A model generated the notes under the pieces. The model was not told where the DNA came from and made no database searches. It saw only the letters and a program-made list of their open reading frames with translations. Position numbers and translations under genes: made by a program. Below are positions 10,024 through 22,124 of a stretch of DNA of 64,000 nt, in pieces; positions within the stretch are counted from its first letter, which is position 1; every line of letters begins with the position of its first letter. This DNA is from a virus (Duplodnaviria; Heunggongvirae; Uroviricota; Caudoviricetes): the IMG/VR virus record IMGVR_UViG_3300031884_000008; one strand, written 5' to 3'.

Positions 10024-10030
10024 ATAAATA
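10024..10030 (+). promoter_or_regulatory. late-promoter-like ATAAATA box
   Basis: gATAAATActtataacaggagaatacaaaaATG, 23 nt before the tube gene start. Confidence 0.45.
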
Positions 10031-10052
10031 CTTATAACAGGAGAATACAAAA

Positions 10053-10697
10053 ATGGCAACAGCCTCACAATCATTGTTCAATATGACCGTAGCGTCTGAT
10101 AATGCTGGTGGCAATCAAGGCCTGTTGATGCCTAAACTACAGTTCAGATTTCGTGTCAATTTCTTGAACTTCGGGGTTGGGTCAACAGCAGGACTGAGTT
10201 TGACTAAGCAAGTAGTAGATTGCTCTCGTCCAAACGTTACGTTTCAAGAAATCACTCTTCCAGTATATAACTCAACCCTATATCTAGCTGGCAAGCATCA
10301 GTGGCAAACAATCTCGATCAACATTCGTGATGACGCTTCAGGCAGTGTTTCTAAGGCAGTAGGTCAACAAGTGCAAAAGCAAATGGACTTTGTTGAACAA
10401 GCATCTGCGGCTACCGGTCAAGACTACAAGTTCCAAACTAACATCGAAATTCTCGATGGTGGTAACGGTACTGCTACTCCGCAAGTTCTTGAGACCTGGG
10501 AGCTTTATGGTTGCTTCGTTCAAACTGTAAACTACAACACATTGAACTACGGAACAAATGAACCGGTAACTATCGCACTTACTATTCGTTTCGACAACGC
10601 AATTCAGTCTCCGCTTGGTTCTGGTGTTGGAACACCTGTAGTCCGCCCACTATCAGGTACAACTGGTTCTGTAACAGGTATCGGTGGAACTACTTAA
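10053..10697 (+). CDS. tail tube protein (T4 gp19 family)
   Basis: KLQFRFRVNFLNFG...RPNVTFQEITLPVYNSTLYLAGKHQWQTISINIRDD matches the gp19-fold consensus. Confidence 0.65.
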   Translation: MATASQSLFNMTVASDNAGGNQGLLMPKLQFRFRVNFLNFGVGSTAGLSLTKQVVDCSRPNVTFQEITLPVYNSTLYLAGKHQWQTISINIRDDASGSVSKAVGQQVQKQMDFVEQASAATGQDYKFQTNIEILDGGNGTATPQVLETWELYGCFVQTVNYNTLNYGTNEPVTIALTIRFDNAIQSPLGSGVGTPVVRPLSGTTGSVTGIGGTT

Positions 10698-10712
10698 TAA
10701 AGGTCATACAGT

Positions 10713-11891
10713 ATGACTGGATTTATTCAAGATTTACTACAGGACGCTGCCGGAGCCTTCTTCGGCAGCGACTACCTTAGAGACTATACACACGCATCAA
10801 AAACGTTTAGGACAAATGCATATCAAAATGCTCCTAAACTAAAGTTCCTTTTTCATACATATTTTGAAATTAATCCGGCGGTGTACTTTCCTGGATCTCA
10901 GACCAATTATGGTCTATTAGTAAAAGAGGTTAAATTACCATCATTCTCTTTCAGTACTTATCAGATGAATCAATACAACAGAAAGAGAATAATTCAAACT
11001 AAAATCAAGTACGAACCTATAGAAATTACTTTCCACGATGATACTGCAAATCAAGTTAACAAAATGTGGGAAGCATATTACGTTTATTATTACAACGACG
11101 GTGCTAGATCCGGATCGGTATTAGCTGGCGACCCGGGTAGTCCGCCCGGAGCAAATGGCCCGCGTGATGCAGCATATAATGACAGAAATATCTATCAAAA
11201 TAGCCCCGCTGCAACATATGATTGGGGTCTTGTGGGCGGCACTGGCGGAACCCCTACGGACGTGCAAGCAAACAAAAAGGTTCCCTTCTTCAAGCGCATA
11301 ACCGTGTTCGGGTTTGATCAACACAAGTATACTGCATATACCCTAATTAATCCTATAATCACGAATTTCTCACACGACTCGTACAATTACGCCGAGGGTG
11401 CCGGCACAATGGCTAACAGAATGACAGTCGATTATGAGACGGTGTTGTATAATAACGGTGGAATGGATGGCAGAACTCCAGGTAACATTGTAACTTCCTT
11501 CGGTGATCCCGCAAACTATGATACTACTCTGAGTCCTATTGCTAAGCCAGGTTCTCAGGGCACTATTTTCGGACAAGGCGTATTAGTGGATGCAGCAGGA
11601 GGGTTTGTAAATTCACTAAACGAGGGTAACCCAATTGGTGCTATTATGGCTGCTGGAACAGCGTACAACACGTTTAAAAATACCAACCTTGCGCTCACTG
11701 CTAAAACTGAATTGAACACTATGTTAGTGAACTCAGTACAAAACACACCAAATACTAGAAACACATTATTCAACTTCCCAACTGCAAGATCAACTCCAGG
11801 TCCTGCCGGATTAGCAGCATCACCTGTCATTGGTGCAGTGACCTCTGCTATAACAGGAAGCAGAACAGCCGGAACTCAAAACAATAGTTAA
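10713..11891 (+). CDS. gp19-fold tail tube-like protein (gp48/gp54-type baseplate-tube junction candidate)
   Basis: KLKFLFHTYFEIN...VKLPSFSFSTYQMNQYNRKRIIQTKIKYEPIEITFHDD shows a second gp19-like fold. Confidence 0.5.
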   Translation: MTGFIQDLLQDAAGAFFGSDYLRDYTHASKTFRTNAYQNAPKLKFLFHTYFEINPAVYFPGSQTNYGLLVKEVKLPSFSFSTYQMNQYNRKRIIQTKIKYEPIEITFHDDTANQVNKMWEAYYVYYYNDGARSGSVLAGDPGSPPGANGPRDAAYNDRNIYQNSPAATYDWGLVGGTGGTPTDVQANKKVPFFKRITVFGFDQHKYTAYTLINPIITNFSHDSYNYAEGAGTMANRMTVDYETVLYNNGGMDGRTPGNIVTSFGDPANYDTTLSPIAKPGSQGTIFGQGVLVDAAGGFVNSLNEGNPIGAIMAAGTAYNTFKNTNLALTAKTELNTMLVNSVQNTPNTRNTLFNFPTARSTPGPAGLAASPVIGAVTSAITGSRTAGTQNNS

Positions 11892-11911
11892 TTTACAGCA
11901 TAAATACTAAT

Positions 11912-12271
11912 ATGGCAAGCATTTCATCGATAGATCAAGTAGATCAAACTATTCGCATTTATGACAACTTCTATAATAAGCAGTTGACTATAAATGCGGC
12001 TGACTACGATATAGTGTATTCATATTTTAAGGGCAAGTCAAACAACGCAGACATTGCATCTAACATGACAACTATTCTGTTTAGAATCGCGCAAACTGGA
12101 AATTATAACGTTATGGACTTGTTAGAGATTGTTCAGGGCGCCCCTAATAATCTACAGATGAACACTATTCTTTGTTATTATTTGAATACATTTAAGTCAA
12201 ATAATTCTTTGTATGGCGTCGGAAATATTCCAAAACCAAACGAAGCAGTACAGCGCAATGTAGTGCAATGA
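11912..12271 (+). CDS. hypothetical protein
   Basis: ATAAATA 6 nt upstream of the ATG. Confidence 0.4.
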   Translation: MASISSIDQVDQTIRIYDNFYNKQLTINAADYDIVYSYFKGKSNNADIASNMTTILFRIAQTGNYNVMDLLEIVQGAPNNLQMNTILCYYLNTFKSNNSLYGVGNIPKPNEAVQRNVVQ

Positions 12272-12272
12272 T

Positions 12273-12707
12273 ATGGGTAAATGGGCAAACGGCATATACA
12301 CTCCCAAAAACCCTGAGAAATATATAGGTAAACACGCACCTAGATATAGATCAGGCTGGGAAATGACGTTCATGACCTTTTGCGACAGTAACAAAAATGT
12401 GCTTGCTTGGGCAAGTGAATCAATGTCGATTCCATATCGTAATCCATTAACAGGAAAACCATCCAACTATATTCCTGATTTTTTCGTAGTGTATGAAAAC
12501 AAATTTGGTAAAAAGATTGCTGAAGTAGTAGAAATCAAACCAAAGAAGCAAAGTCTGATTGAAAGCAGGACAGCAAGTGCTAGAGATAGAGCCGCAGTTG
12601 CAGTGAATCATGCTAAGTGGGCCGCGGCCAAGGCCTACTGCCAGTCGCAAGGGTTTGCCTTTCGCGTAATTACGGAAGAGGATTTGTTCTATAATGGGCG
12701 CAAGTAA
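12273..12707 (+). CDS. T4 gp4-like head completion protein (PD-(D/E)XK fold)
   Basis: SGWEMTFMTFCDSNKNVLAWASESMSIPYRNPLTGK...IPDFFVV...EVVEIKPKKQ...NHAKWAAAKAYC...GFAFRVITEEDL fits the gp4 family pattern as I recall it. Confidence 0.45.
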   Translation: MGKWANGIYTPKNPEKYIGKHAPRYRSGWEMTFMTFCDSNKNVLAWASESMSIPYRNPLTGKPSNYIPDFFVVYENKFGKKIAEVVEIKPKKQSLIESRTASARDRAAVAVNHAKWAAAKAYCQSQGFAFRVITEEDLFYNGRK

Positions 12708-12719
12708 ATAAATACTTGC

Positions 12720-13205
12720 ATGAAAAAACTTGAAGAACTATTTGAGTTATCATCCAAATCCAACGAGCCAGACTCGTATGATGACGCCTCCTTACCAGAA
12801 AATACACAAGAAGTAACCGAATCTGCACTTACAAATTTAGATAAAATTGAAGCAGCCTTACCGCTGGTTAAAGGTTTAGAGGCCGCTGATGAGGAGATGG
12901 ATGAACTTGCTGATATGGCAAAATCTAGCTATAAGGATCTTGTCGATTTAGGTATGCAAGTTGAATCCAGATTCAGTTCGGAAATATTCAACGCAGCTAG
13001 CAGTTTTCTTGGACATGCAATTACTGCTAAGACAGCCAAAATAAATAAAAAACTAAAGATGCTGGACATTCAGCTTAAGAAAGCGCAACTGGATCAAAAG
13101 GTTCAATCCAAAAATGAAGAAATAGAAAGTACTCCGTTAGGAGAAGGGAAATCACTCGACCGCAACGAGTTGCTTAAGATGCTTAATCCGAAAAAAAATG
13201 AGTAA
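12720..13205 (+). CDS. acidic coiled-coil protein (scaffold/core-like)
   Basis: Low pI, heptad-rich; ATAAATA 6 nt upstream. Confidence 0.35.
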   Translation: MKKLEELFELSSKSNEPDSYDDASLPENTQEVTESALTNLDKIEAALPLVKGLEAADEEMDELADMAKSSYKDLVDLGMQVESRFSSEIFNAASSFLGHAITAKTAKINKKLKMLDIQLKKAQLDQKVQSKNEEIESTPLGEGKSLDRNELLKMLNPKKNE

Positions 13206-13222
13206 CAAGAATAAATAGTATT

Positions 13223-13657
13223 ATGAGCGACATTAGAGAAATAATTGAATTATTAGAAGATATTTGGGCTGAACCCTCTGAGGGCGATGTTTTGGAAATC
13301 GAATTAGGTGATCAGGTTATTGAAACCACGATCAGTGAAGTTTTAGACGATGGCGTAGTCATTCATATAGACGAACAAGCTATTAGAATCCTAATTGATG
13401 CTAAAAAGCAGCTAGATGAAGCAAAGTATCAAGGGCGTACTGTCCCATTAAACAAGCCTATGCAAGGTGATGTTAAGAAATCAAAGGTATATGTTCGCAA
13501 ACCGAACGGCAAAGTTGTAAAGGTCAACTTTGGTGACAAAAATATGCGCATAAAGAAAAATAGTCCAGGCCATCGCAAGAGTTTTCGTGCCAGACATCAC
13601 TGTGAAAATCCGGGTCCAAAGTGGAAGGCTCGTTATTGGTCTTGCCGAGCTTGGTAG
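13223..13657 (+). CDS. hypothetical protein with basic Cys/His-containing C-terminus
   Basis: C-terminal NSPGHRKSFRARHHCENPGPKWKARYWSCRAW. Confidence 0.4.
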   Translation: MSDIREIIELLEDIWAEPSEGDVLEIELGDQVIETTISEVLDDGVVIHIDEQAIRILIDAKKQLDEAKYQGRTVPLNKPMQGDVKKSKVYVRKPNGKVVKVNFGDKNMRIKKNSPGHRKSFRARHHCENPGPKWKARYWSCRAW

Positions 13658-13728
13658 TCATAGTGTCGATTCGTTAAAAATCGACAAACAAATGATAAAT
13701 ATAATATAAGCTAATTGCAAGGATCCAC

Positions 13729-14352
13729 ATGCGCTCATTAAAACAATTCATTGCGGAAAGTGTATATACTTACAACTACACGATCAAGATCGCTGGTGAA
13801 GTTGACAAGAATTTCCTAGAACTCTTTAAGTTCAATCTAAAAAAGTTTGATCCGATAAAGATTTCAGATCCAGTGTCCACACCAATTCAAAAAGACCCAT
13901 ATGGTTTCGTAGGGATCACTAACCAACCAGTACACGTCATTAAAGCAGAATTCAGATATCCTGCTACTGAAACGATGATCCAGCAAATCGCACAGTTATT
14001 GGGTCACAACATCAATTATGTTCGTGTAGTAGGTACAGCATTTGATGACAGCATCAATAGTGAAGCCGAAGGCTATGCAAACGAAGCAGATCATAGTCCG
14101 GTACTAAATCACCTAGAACTAGAAGAACAACCTGGTGCAAAAGAAGCAGCCAAAGCATATGGCAATTCTTATCTAGACAGCATCAAAGATCAAGCAAAAG
14201 ATTCAAAACTTGACATTCCTTATTCCGGAACAAAGACTCCTAATTCATATGATCCGTTCAAGCCAGAAACTCAATTTGCTTCTATGGGCAAAGAAAGTCC
14301 TATGACTAAGATTACTAGACCTGCGAAGCCTTCAACTGGTGCAAAAGGATAG
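13729..14352 (+). CDS. hypothetical protein
   Basis: ATAAATA 28 nt upstream. Confidence 0.4.
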   Translation: MRSLKQFIAESVYTYNYTIKIAGEVDKNFLELFKFNLKKFDPIKISDPVSTPIQKDPYGFVGITNQPVHVIKAEFRYPATETMIQQIAQLLGHNINYVRVVGTAFDDSINSEAEGYANEADHSPVLNHLELEEQPGAKEAAKAYGNSYLDSIKDQAKDSKLDIPYSGTKTPNSYDPFKPETQFASMGKESPMTKITRPAKPSTGAKG

Positions 14353-14355
14353 CCC

Positions 14356-16869
14356 ATGAAAAATTTATTAGATAAAATGACCCAATTGGAAGCTAAAGCA
14401 ATTCCAGAAAAAGTGAACACTGCACCAAAGAAGAAAGTACTTAAGGAGTCTGCTGCAAAAAAGGCACCTACCACACTTAAAGGAATGTTTGAGCAATTGA
14501 GCGAGACTCTTGCGCCCGGGCAAAAGCCAATTCCTGTAGTAAACAAGCAAGGTGGAACTCAACAGACTGGTGCGGGTTTTCTAAACATCACAGATACGTC
14601 ACCTAGCGGTAAAGCATTGCAACAAGCATTAAGCCAATTGGGTCCGGCTCAGGCACAAATAGTAGTTCCTACTCAGCCAGGTCAATCAGGACAACAGTCT
14701 GGCACATCAGCCGCAGGTAAGCCTAATCCAAATCAAATGCAACAAGGACAACAGTCTGGCACATCAGCCGCAGGTAAGCCTAATCCAAATCAAATGCAAC
14801 AAGGACAACAGACTATGCAAGAAGATGATCTTGACGAAAAATGGGCTGGCAACACAAAGGTAAACCCAGCCAAGAAGGGTATGTTCGCTGGTAAAACTAA
14901 GGCTGAATTGGAAAAGCAACTAGCTGCATTACACAAGTCAGGACCGCACAAGAAAGGTTCACCTGAATACACTAAGCAACAAGAATTAAACTTCGCTATT
15001 CGTGCAAAGAGCGGATGGAAGAAGGACTCAGTTGAAGAAGACCAACTTGATGAAAAGTATATGGGTTTTGAAAAGGTTGAAAAGGCCGCAGCTAAGTCCG
15101 GTGCAAGAGACCCTGGCGCAGTAGCAGCATCAATCGGTCGTAAGAAGTACGGCAAAGAAAAGTTCCAAAAGGCAGCAGCATCTGGCAAAAAGTTGGGTGA
15201 GGCTGATTTTGCTTCAACTCAGGGTATTGACACACGAGGTGCTGGCTTAGGTGCTGGCCGCAGTCCAACTACACTAGAAGGTAAGAAGGCTAAACCAGAT
15301 TTTCTAGATTTAGATAAAGCTGAAAAAGATGCTTCTGATGAAAAATCAGCACTTCAAAAAGATAAATTCAAGAAGAAAACAGTCAATGAATTAAGTGCTA
15401 ATACTTTAAATTCCTATAGGGATAAAGCATTAACTGACATTGATAAAAAGAACGCAAAAGGTGATTATTTTGGACCAAAAGGTTCCTTATATAGGTCATT
15501 CAAAGCTGCGACAGCTGGAGAAAAAATTACCAAACAAGGTTGCACACCAATTACTAGAGATAACAGAAAAGAAGTGAAGGAAAGCATGAGCAATAGAATC
15601 TCGGCCGCCCGCCTCGAGGGCAAATCACATGGTCTTAGAGGCCATGCTTACGCAGGTAAAAACTATGATGATATGGAAGAGTGCAGAGCATATCATGATG
15701 GATACAAAGAGGGACTCGATGAGTGTCATGGTCAAGGAATGTATGAAAGCGCACTAGACATGCCGATTGAATCTACACCGGCTGCAACAGTGCCTGGTAT
15801 GGCATCAAAGGCTCTTCCTGAAGACGATATGGATGAAGGCAATGCTTTCACTGCGGCTCTTGCAAGAACACCAAAAGGTTCTAGCTTTAAGTTAGGTGGA
15901 AGAACTTTTAAGGATCGTTCGAATTATGATGCACCAATGCATGAATCTGACTTTGCATTTGAGGCTTTGGATAAGCAACTAAACGATTTACTCAACGAGG
16001 GTCTTTCAGTTTCTATTTCTAAGGGCAATCAAAATGCACCTGACTCCGTAACTATCACTGCACAGGATGCAGAAGCAGAACATCTTCTTGCGTTCGTAAA
16101 GAATGCAGGTCTTGGTATCTTTGGTGGAGAAGAAGTTTCTGAACCAGTAAGAGGATTCAGTGTTGCACCATCAAGTGAAGTCAACACTCCAGGGGACATT
16201 GAAGTAGTAGATGACCATGATGATATGCTTTCACTCATGAAGAAGTTATCAGGAGTTCATTCGGGAGGCCATGAAGGATCTTCTGAAGACTACGCAGACG
16301 AAGATGAAGATAGTGGATGCGATGCATGTGGTCAAGCAGAATGCGAATGCGATGCACCTCCTATGAGACAAATCGGAGAAGTAGAATCTGAAGATCAAAT
16401 GGAGTTTGAAGTCGCAGAAGATAATGCACCGGATAACGGTTCGGCTAATTCAACTAATGATACTCAAGGCAATGCTGAAGCCAATTCATCGGTAGCATCG
16501 TCAGACGTTGGTCAAGACGAAGAAGAAGGTGAAGAAGACGAACGCGTACAAGAAAGCTACGATGACGAAGAAGAGGAAGAAGACGACGACGAGGATCCTA
16601 GATTCCCTCGTAGGCACCCAGACGATCCACGCGGCGGCGACGACGACCTCACTGAGTGGGCAAATGATGCCGGCGGCAACGTAGCAGATACTACATTCGA
16701 GCAGGACATAGATTTCATGACCAAAGTCATCTCTGGCGGGCTAAACAAGCAGAAGTCAACCGGTCAAACTACTATTCCAGTTATTGCTAATCAAAAGGGT
16801 CGCACTAAGTATCACGACATAAACGAATCTATCAATGATTGGGCTAAGTTAGCAGGAATCAAAAAGTAA
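14356..16869 (+). CDS. large low-complexity protein with poly-acidic C-terminal region and Cys clusters (possible internal/packaged protein)
   Basis: 837 aa, Gln/Gly/Lys-rich; DDEEEEEDDDED run; CDACGQAECECD cluster; contains an exact 57-bp duplication. Confidence 0.5.
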   Translation: MKNLLDKMTQLEAKAIPEKVNTAPKKKVLKESAAKKAPTTLKGMFEQLSETLAPGQKPIPVVNKQGGTQQTGAGFLNITDTSPSGKALQQALSQLGPAQAQIVVPTQPGQSGQQSGTSAAGKPNPNQMQQGQQSGTSAAGKPNPNQMQQGQQTMQEDDLDEKWAGNTKVNPAKKGMFAGKTKAELEKQLAALHKSGPHKKGSPEYTKQQELNFAIRAKSGWKKDSVEEDQLDEKYMGFEKVEKAAAKSGARDPGAVAASIGRKKYGKEKFQKAAASGKKLGEADFASTQGIDTRGAGLGAGRSPTTLEGKKAKPDFLDLDKAEKDASDEKSALQKDKFKKKTVNELSANTLNSYRDKALTDIDKKNAKGDYFGPKGSLYRSFKAATAGEKITKQGCTPITRDNRKEVKESMSNRISAARLEGKSHGLRGHAYAGKNYDDMEECRAYHDGYKEGLDECHGQGMYESALDMPIESTPAATVPGMASKALPEDDMDEGNAFTAALARTPKGSSFKLGGRTFKDRSNYDAPMHESDFAFEALDKQLNDLLNEGLSVSISKGNQNAPDSVTITAQDAEAEHLLAFVKNAGLGIFGGEEVSEPVRGFSVAPSSEVNTPGDIEVVDDHDDMLSLMKKLSGVHSGGHEGSSEDYADEDEDSGCDACGQAECECDAPPMRQIGEVESEDQMEFEVAEDNAPDNGSANSTNDTQGNAEANSSVASSDVGQDEEEGEEDERVQESYDDEEEEEDDDEDPRFPRRHPDDPRGGDDDLTEWANDAGGNVADTTFEQDIDFMTKVISGGLNKQKSTGQTTIPVIANQKGRTKYHDINESINDWAKLAGIKK
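14689..14802 (+). repeat. exact 57-bp tandem duplication (QQSGTSAAGKPNPNQMQQG x2)
   Basis: ggacaacagtctggcacatcagccgcaggtaagcctaatccaaatcaaatgcaacaa occurs twice. Confidence 0.9.
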
Positions 16870-16887
16870 TCATTATGACAAATTGAA

Positions 16888-16917
16888 ATAGCCGGGTTTG
16901 TTCCCGGCTATTTTTTT
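16888..16917 (+). terminator. rho-independent terminator
   Basis: ATAGCCGGG-tttgtt-CCCGGCTAT followed by T7. Confidence 0.8.
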
Positions 16918-16956
16918 GGATAGGGAGTTTATAATCTAAAACGATAAATACATATC

Positions 16957-17541
16957 ATGAATGACCCGTTATCCTTTTACGTATATGCATATCTTCGCAG
17001 CGACGGGACGCCTTATTACGTCGGTAAAGGTAAGGGCGACCGAGCATGGAACCATAGTAGGTCTGATACCGTACATCCACCGCAGGATAAGCGAAAAATT
17101 ATAATTTTGGAATCCGGGTTGACCAACTTGGGTGCTTTGACACTTGAACGAAGAATGATTCGTTGGTATGGGCGCATTGATTTGGGCACAGGTATACTTA
17201 GGAACCAAACTGATGATGGTGGTGATGGTGCATCTGGTGTCAAACAATCACAAGAAACGATAGCAAAACGAGTAGCCTCTTCCAAGGGAAAGGCTATGGG
17301 AATGACAGGAAAAAAACACACGGTTAAATCTAATGAACAACGTAGACTGTCGATGTTAGGTAAAAATACAACTCCTCATACTACGGAACGCAGATTGGCT
17401 AATTCTAGGTCAAAGCTTGGTATGAGATACAAATCACAATATATCCTTAATTGTCCACATTGCAATACTTCCGGAGGAAGTTCAAACATGAAGCGATATC
17501 ACATGGATAATTGCAAACACCTACAAAAGGTAATAGTATGA
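16957..17541 (+). CDS. GIY-YIG homing endonuclease with C-terminal CPHC...YHMDNCK zinc finger
   Basis: [32 protein letters not shown] motif; ATAAATA 7 nt upstream. Confidence 0.7.
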   Translation: MNDPLSFYVYAYLRSDGTPYYVGKGKGDRAWNHSRSDTVHPPQDKRKIIILESGLTNLGALTLERRMIRWYGRIDLGTGILRNQTDDGGDGASGVKQSQETIAKRVASSKGKAMGMTGKKHTVKSNEQRRLSMLGKNTTPHTTERRLANSRSKLGMRYKSQYILNCPHCNTSGGSSNMKRYHMDNCKHLQKVIV

Positions 17542-20500
17542 GTCAACAGAACATAGATTTTGGTACTTTTCCAGACGATCCAAATGCGGATGCAATTCGT
17601 ATTGCATTTCAAAAAACCCAGAATAACTTTAGTCAACTGTTTGACACGCTACAATCTCAATCAGTTTTATCTGTAAATAAATCTCAGGGCGCTGGAATTA
17701 CTGTCAACTCTCCTACAGGAAATGTGGTAGTATCAGCTAATATTGCCTGTGTTCAGGTAACCAGCACTACATTAGCCGTCGGTATCAACGGGTCAAATAA
17801 CTCCGGTAAATCAGGAGGCCTTGCAACAGTAACTAAATCTACAGACATTCTTCTAGTAGATTTACCATATGATGTTGCTAACATTAATAATATTACTGCT
17901 GCACAAACTATCACGGCAAACGACATTGTAGCTAACAATTCCTTCACATCTACTTCATTTTCTGCTACTGGTAATGTGTCTGCAGGAAATCTATTTTCTA
18001 CTGGTAACATCTATGCTAATTCAGGCAATGCGAATGTATCAAATGTTAATGCGGGAAATGGTTACTTTACAGCGAACCTATCAGTAATTTCTAATGTTTC
18101 TGCTGGCAATGTTTATGCAAACTCAGGTACAGTGGGCGCAGCTACTGGTAATTTTTCTGGAAATGTTAATGCAGCTAATGCTAATTTAGGTAATACCGTA
18201 ACTGCAAATTTCTTTAGCGGAAATGGATACTATCTTACTGGTGTAATTACTGCACCCGGACCTAAAATTGTTAATGGTGCTAGCTATACCAATATCGCTA
18301 CTTCAGGTGGAAACGTAGTTACAGCGGTAAATGGCAACACAACATTTACGGTTACGTCGACCGGAGCTAATATATCTGGTACCTTAGGTGTTACTGGAAA
18401 TATTACTGCCGGTAATCTCGACGGCGCCAATAGTGTTTTCGCTAATTATTTAACCGGAACATTAACTACTGCTGCACAACCGAACATCACATCAGTTGGT
18501 ACTCTCTCTAGCTTAAGTGTTAATGGAACTGTTACGGCTCCCAACTTCACTGCTAATACAGGGGTGTTTACAGGTAATGGTAGCGGTCTATCATCTATTG
18601 CCGGCGCCAATGTAACCGGTGCAGTCGCATATGCTACAACTGCTAACTCGGTAGCCGGAGCCAACGTTTCAGGTACAGTAGGTAGCGCAACCAATGCAGC
18701 CGCAGTTCTTAGTAACTCAGCCTCAACTGGTACTTATTATATTCCATTCATATCATCAATCGCAAATGGTAACTATACACACGCATCAAATGCTAATTTC
18801 AGCGCAAATCTATCCAATGGCTATATCACAGCAACTGGTTTTGTAGGCACACTTAGTGGCTCTGCTACATCTGCAACTACAGCAGGTACAGTGACAACTA
18901 ATGCACAACCAAACATCACATCAGTTGGTACTCTCTCTAGCTTAAGTGTTAATGGAACTGTTACGGCTCCCAACTTCACTGCTAATACAGGAGTGTTCAC
19001 GGGTAACGCTAATGGATTGACTGGAATTCCTGGAGCCAATGTCACAGGTGCAGTCGCATATGCTACCACTGCTAACTCAGTAGCAGGAGCTAATGTGTCT
19101 GGTGCAGTCGCATATGCTACCACTGCTAACGCAGTAGCAGGGGCGAATGTTTCAGGTACAGTTTCTTCGGCTACGTCTGCAACTAATGCGTCCGCAGTAT
19201 TAAACAACGTACAAACAACTGGTACTTATTACCCAGCATTCATATCATCTACTGCTAACGGCAATTATGCGCACGCATCTAATAGTGCATTTAGTGCTAA
19301 TTTTGCAAATGGTGCACTTTCTGCTACTACTTTCGTAGGTACATTAAGTGGTGCGGCCACTACAGCAGGCACAGTAACAACAAATGCACAACCAAATATT
19401 ACATCGGTTGGCACTTTAACAGGGCTAAATGTTAACGGTACAATAACTGCGCCTAACATCACTGCAAACACTGGTGTATTTACCGGTAATGGTAGTGGTC
19501 TGTCAGCTATTGCTGGCGCTAATGTTACTGGTACGGTTTCGAGCGCATCGACTGCAACTACTGCAACTACTGCGGGTACAGTAACGACGAATGCACAACC
19601 AAATATCACTTCAGTTGGTACTTTAGCTAACTTAACAGTAGGAAACGCATCGGCCAATACTCAATTTGGAAATGGAACAATTAACGCCGCTGGTAATGTT
19701 CAAGCTGCAAACTTGATTGGTCCTCTCGCATCTGGTAATTCTAACGTTACTATCACTGCCAACAGCAACGTCAACATTTATGTTGCAGGTAATGCTACAT
19801 CTCAATTAACAGTGACCTCAACTGGTGCAAACATCGCAGGTTATGCAACGGTTGCCGGTAATTTAACTTCAGCTAATGCAAACTTAGGAAACTTAGCAAA
19901 AGCTAATTACTTCCAAGGAGACGGCGGACTGTTAAGTAACATTACCGTTTCAGGGGGAACTTCTATTGTTAACGGTAATAGTAATATTGCTGTAGGTGCC
20001 AATAGCAACATTACGATGAGTGTTGCTGGTGTTTCCAATGTAATGGTAATTACCAGTACTGGAGCAAACATTACCGGAACATTAACAGTAGGAAACGTAT
20101 CTGCAGGAAACATTACCGGTAATGTCACTACTGCTGCTCAAGGAAATATTACCTCATTAGGTACTCTTACAGGGTTAACTGTTGCTGGTCCCGTAAACTT
20201 AGGACCAGCAAGCAATCTAACATTATCCGGTGGATCAGCTAATCAGCTACTTGTCTCTAACGGCGCCGGCGGCGCAGCATGGCAAACTGTAACTAGCTTA
20301 ACCCTTGCTCCGGGCTCTAATACACAAGTATTGTTTAACGATTCGGGTAGCTTTGCTGCAAACAGCGGTCTCACCTTTAACAAAACAACTGGAGCACTTA
20401 CTGTTACTGGAAATGCTAATACCGGTAATATTGGTGCAAACAATGCAGTGTTCACGTCTGTTACAGGTACGTTAACTACTAACGCACAACCAAACATTAC

Positions 20501-22073
20501 TTCAGTTGGTTCGTTGACCTCGCTGATTGTAACTGGTAACATCAATTCTGGTAATATATCTGGTGGTAATTTAGTAAGTGCCAATTATTTCAGCGGTAAC
20601 GGTAATGCACTGTCTAGTATTCAAGGTGCAAATGTAACTGGTACAGTAGGTAGCGCGACCAATGCGGCCGCAGTTCTTAGCAATTCAGCATCAACTGGTA
20701 CTTATTATATTCCATTCATATCATCAATCGCAAATGGTAACTATACACATGCATCAAATGCCAATTTCTATGCTAATTTGGCTAATGGATACATTACAGC
20801 AACCGGATTCGTAGGCACACTGAGTGGCGCCGCAACATCTGCAACTACCGCAGGCACAGTAACGACGAATGCACAACCAAACATCACATCAGTTGGTTCG
20901 TTGACCTCACTGATTGTAAACGGTAATATCAATTCTGGTAATATATCTGGTGGTAATTTAGTAAGCGCTAATTACTTTACTGGTTCTCATGCTAATGGTA
21001 ACTCAAACATAAACATTCCATCAGCTGATGGTAACATAAACTTTAGTAGTGCAGGTAATGCGAATGTTGTTGTAGTAACCGGGACAGGTGTCAATGTTTC
21101 TGGCACATTAAACGCAACCGGCTACGCGAACGTTGGTAACTTAGGTACCGCACAAGTACTTGCAACTGCAAACGTAACTGCTCCGCAATTAATCTCAAAC
21201 ATAGCAACAGGTACTGCACCGTTCGCTGTATCAAGCACAACACAAGTTGCTAACTTGAACTCGCAATATGCAGGTACAGCTAACTCAGTAGCAGGTGCAA
21301 ACGTAACCGGTGCAGTAGCGTATGCAACGACTGCTAACTCAGTAGCAGGTGCTAACGTAAGTGGTGAAGTTGGTCTTGCTACATACGCAACAACAGCAAA
21401 CGCGGTAGCAGGTGCTAACGTATCAGGTACTGTTGCTAACGCAAATAATTCTGCATATTTAGGTGGTACTGCGGCAGCAAGTTATCTATTAACAAACGGT
21501 ACTGGTAGTGGTTTAACTGCAATTACTGGTGCAAACGTAACCGGCGCAGTTTCACAAGCAACAACTGTGATGGGTAACACTCAGAACAATATTAATACAC
21601 TTGGTGCATTAACTACATTAAGTACAGGTGCAAACACTACATCAGGTACTATCACTGGTAACTGGTCATTAAGTGCAGGTTCAAAATTAGCCGCAACTTA
21701 TTCTGACTTGGCAGAAAAATATGTTAGTGATGCAGAATATGCTCCGGGTACAGTATTAGTATTTGGTGGTGAATATGAAGTGACATTAGCTAATACATTT
21801 GATAGTACACGTGTAGCAGGTGTAGTAACAACTGCCCCGGCTTACACTATGAATAGCGAATGTCAAGGTGAACATGTTGTTAACATTGCGCTACAAGGTC
21901 GTGTACCATGTTTAGTAATGGGTCCGGTAAGTAAGGGTGACTTAATGGTTGCAGGTACAAATGGTCGTGCAGTTGCTAATAATGAAGCACGTGCAGGTAC
22001 TATTATCGGTAAGTCATTAGAAAACTTTACAGGTACTGAAGGTATTATTGAAGTTGCTGTTGGTAGATTCTAA
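17538..22073 (+). CDS. tail fibre protein, highly repetitive, with possible C-terminal intramolecular-chaperone-like domain
   Basis: Ala/Thr/Gly/Asn-rich ~80-aa repeats ([19 protein letters not shown]...); C-terminal ...YSDLAEKY...[12 protein letters not shown]... loosely resembles the S74 chaperone start (SD-x-K); start codon overlaps GIY-YIG stop (ATGA). Confidence 0.6.
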   Translation: MSQQNIDFGTFPDDPNADAIRIAFQKTQNNFSQLFDTLQSQSVLSVNKSQGAGITVNSPTGNVVVSANIACVQVTSTTLAVGINGSNNSGKSGGLATVTKSTDILLVDLPYDVANINNITAAQTITANDIVANNSFTSTSFSATGNVSAGNLFSTGNIYANSGNANVSNVNAGNGYFTANLSVISNVSAGNVYANSGTVGAATGNFSGNVNAANANLGNTVTANFFSGNGYYLTGVITAPGPKIVNGASYTNIATSGGNVVTAVNGNTTFTVTSTGANISGTLGVTGNITAGNLDGANSVFANYLTGTLTTAAQPNITSVGTLSSLSVNGTVTAPNFTANTGVFTGNGSGLSSIAGANVTGAVAYATTANSVAGANVSGTVGSATNAAAVLSNSASTGTYYIPFISSIANGNYTHASNANFSANLSNGYITATGFVGTLSGSATSATTAGTVTTNAQPNITSVGTLSSLSVNGTVTAPNFTANTGVFTGNANGLTGIPGANVTGAVAYATTANSVAGANVSGAVAYATTANAVAGANVSGTVSSATSATNASAVLNNVQTTGTYYPAFISSTANGNYAHASNSAFSANFANGALSATTFVGTLSGAATTAGTVTTNAQPNITSVGTLTGLNVNGTITAPNITANTGVFTGNGSGLSAIAGANVTGTVSSASTATTATTAGTVTTNAQPNITSVGTLANLTVGNASANTQFGNGTINAAGNVQAANLIGPLASGNSNVTITANSNVNIYVAGNATSQLTVTSTGANIAGYATVAGNLTSANANLGNLAKANYFQGDGGLLSNITVSGGTSIVNGNSNIAVGANSNITMSVAGVSNVMVITSTGANITGTLTVGNVSAGNITGNVTTAAQGNITSLGTLTGLTVAGPVNLGPASNLTLSGGSANQLLVSNGAGGAAWQTVTSLTLAPGSNTQVLFNDSGSFAANSGLTFNKTTGALTVTGNANTGNIGANNAVFTSVTGTLTTNAQPNITSVGSLTSLIVTGNINSGNISGGNLVSANYFSGNGNALSSIQGANVTGTVGSATNAAAVLSNSASTGTYYIPFISSIANGNYTHASNANFYANLANGYITATGFVGTLSGAATSATTAGTVTTNAQPNITSVGSLTSLIVNGNINSGNISGGNLVSANYFTGSHANGNSNINIPSADGNINFSSAGNANVVVVTGTGVNVSGTLNATGYANVGNLGTAQVLATANVTAPQLISNIATGTAPFAVSSTTQVANLNSQYAGTANSVAGANVTGAVAYATTANSVAGANVSGEVGLATYATTANAVAGANVSGTVANANNSAYLGGTAAASYLLTNGTGSGLTAITGANVTGAVSQATTVMGNTQNNINTLGALTTLSTGANTTSGTITGNWSLSAGSKLAATYSDLAEKYVSDAEYAPGTVLVFGGEYEVTLANTFDSTRVAGVVTTAPAYTMNSECQGEHVVNIALQGRVPCLVMGPVSKGDLMVAGTNGRAVANNEARAGTIIGKSLENFTGTEGIIEVAVGRF
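18440..21000 (+). repeat. long near-identical direct repeats (~90-250 bp units) within the fibre gene
   Basis: e.g. cacaacc(g/a)aacatcacatcagttggtactctctctagcttaagtgttaatggaactgttacggctcccaacttcactgctaatacagg at 18478 and 18904. Confidence 0.8.
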
Positions 22074-22124
22074 AAAGGTCACATTGTATTTTATTAAACA
22101 TTTATTAAAAATGATAAGTACAAT

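Noticed and set aside
17753-20584. Minus-strand ORFs (Ala/Val/Thr-rich, 73-130 aa) inside the fibre gene
   Set aside because: They are antisense reading-frame artefacts of the GCN/ACN-rich repetitive fibre coding sequence.
18440-21000. Regularly spaced near-identical repeats that could resemble a CRISPR array
   Set aside because: The repeats are long (90-250 bp) and in frame within a single 1520-aa fibre ORF encoding repeated protein domains. There are no short unique spacers.
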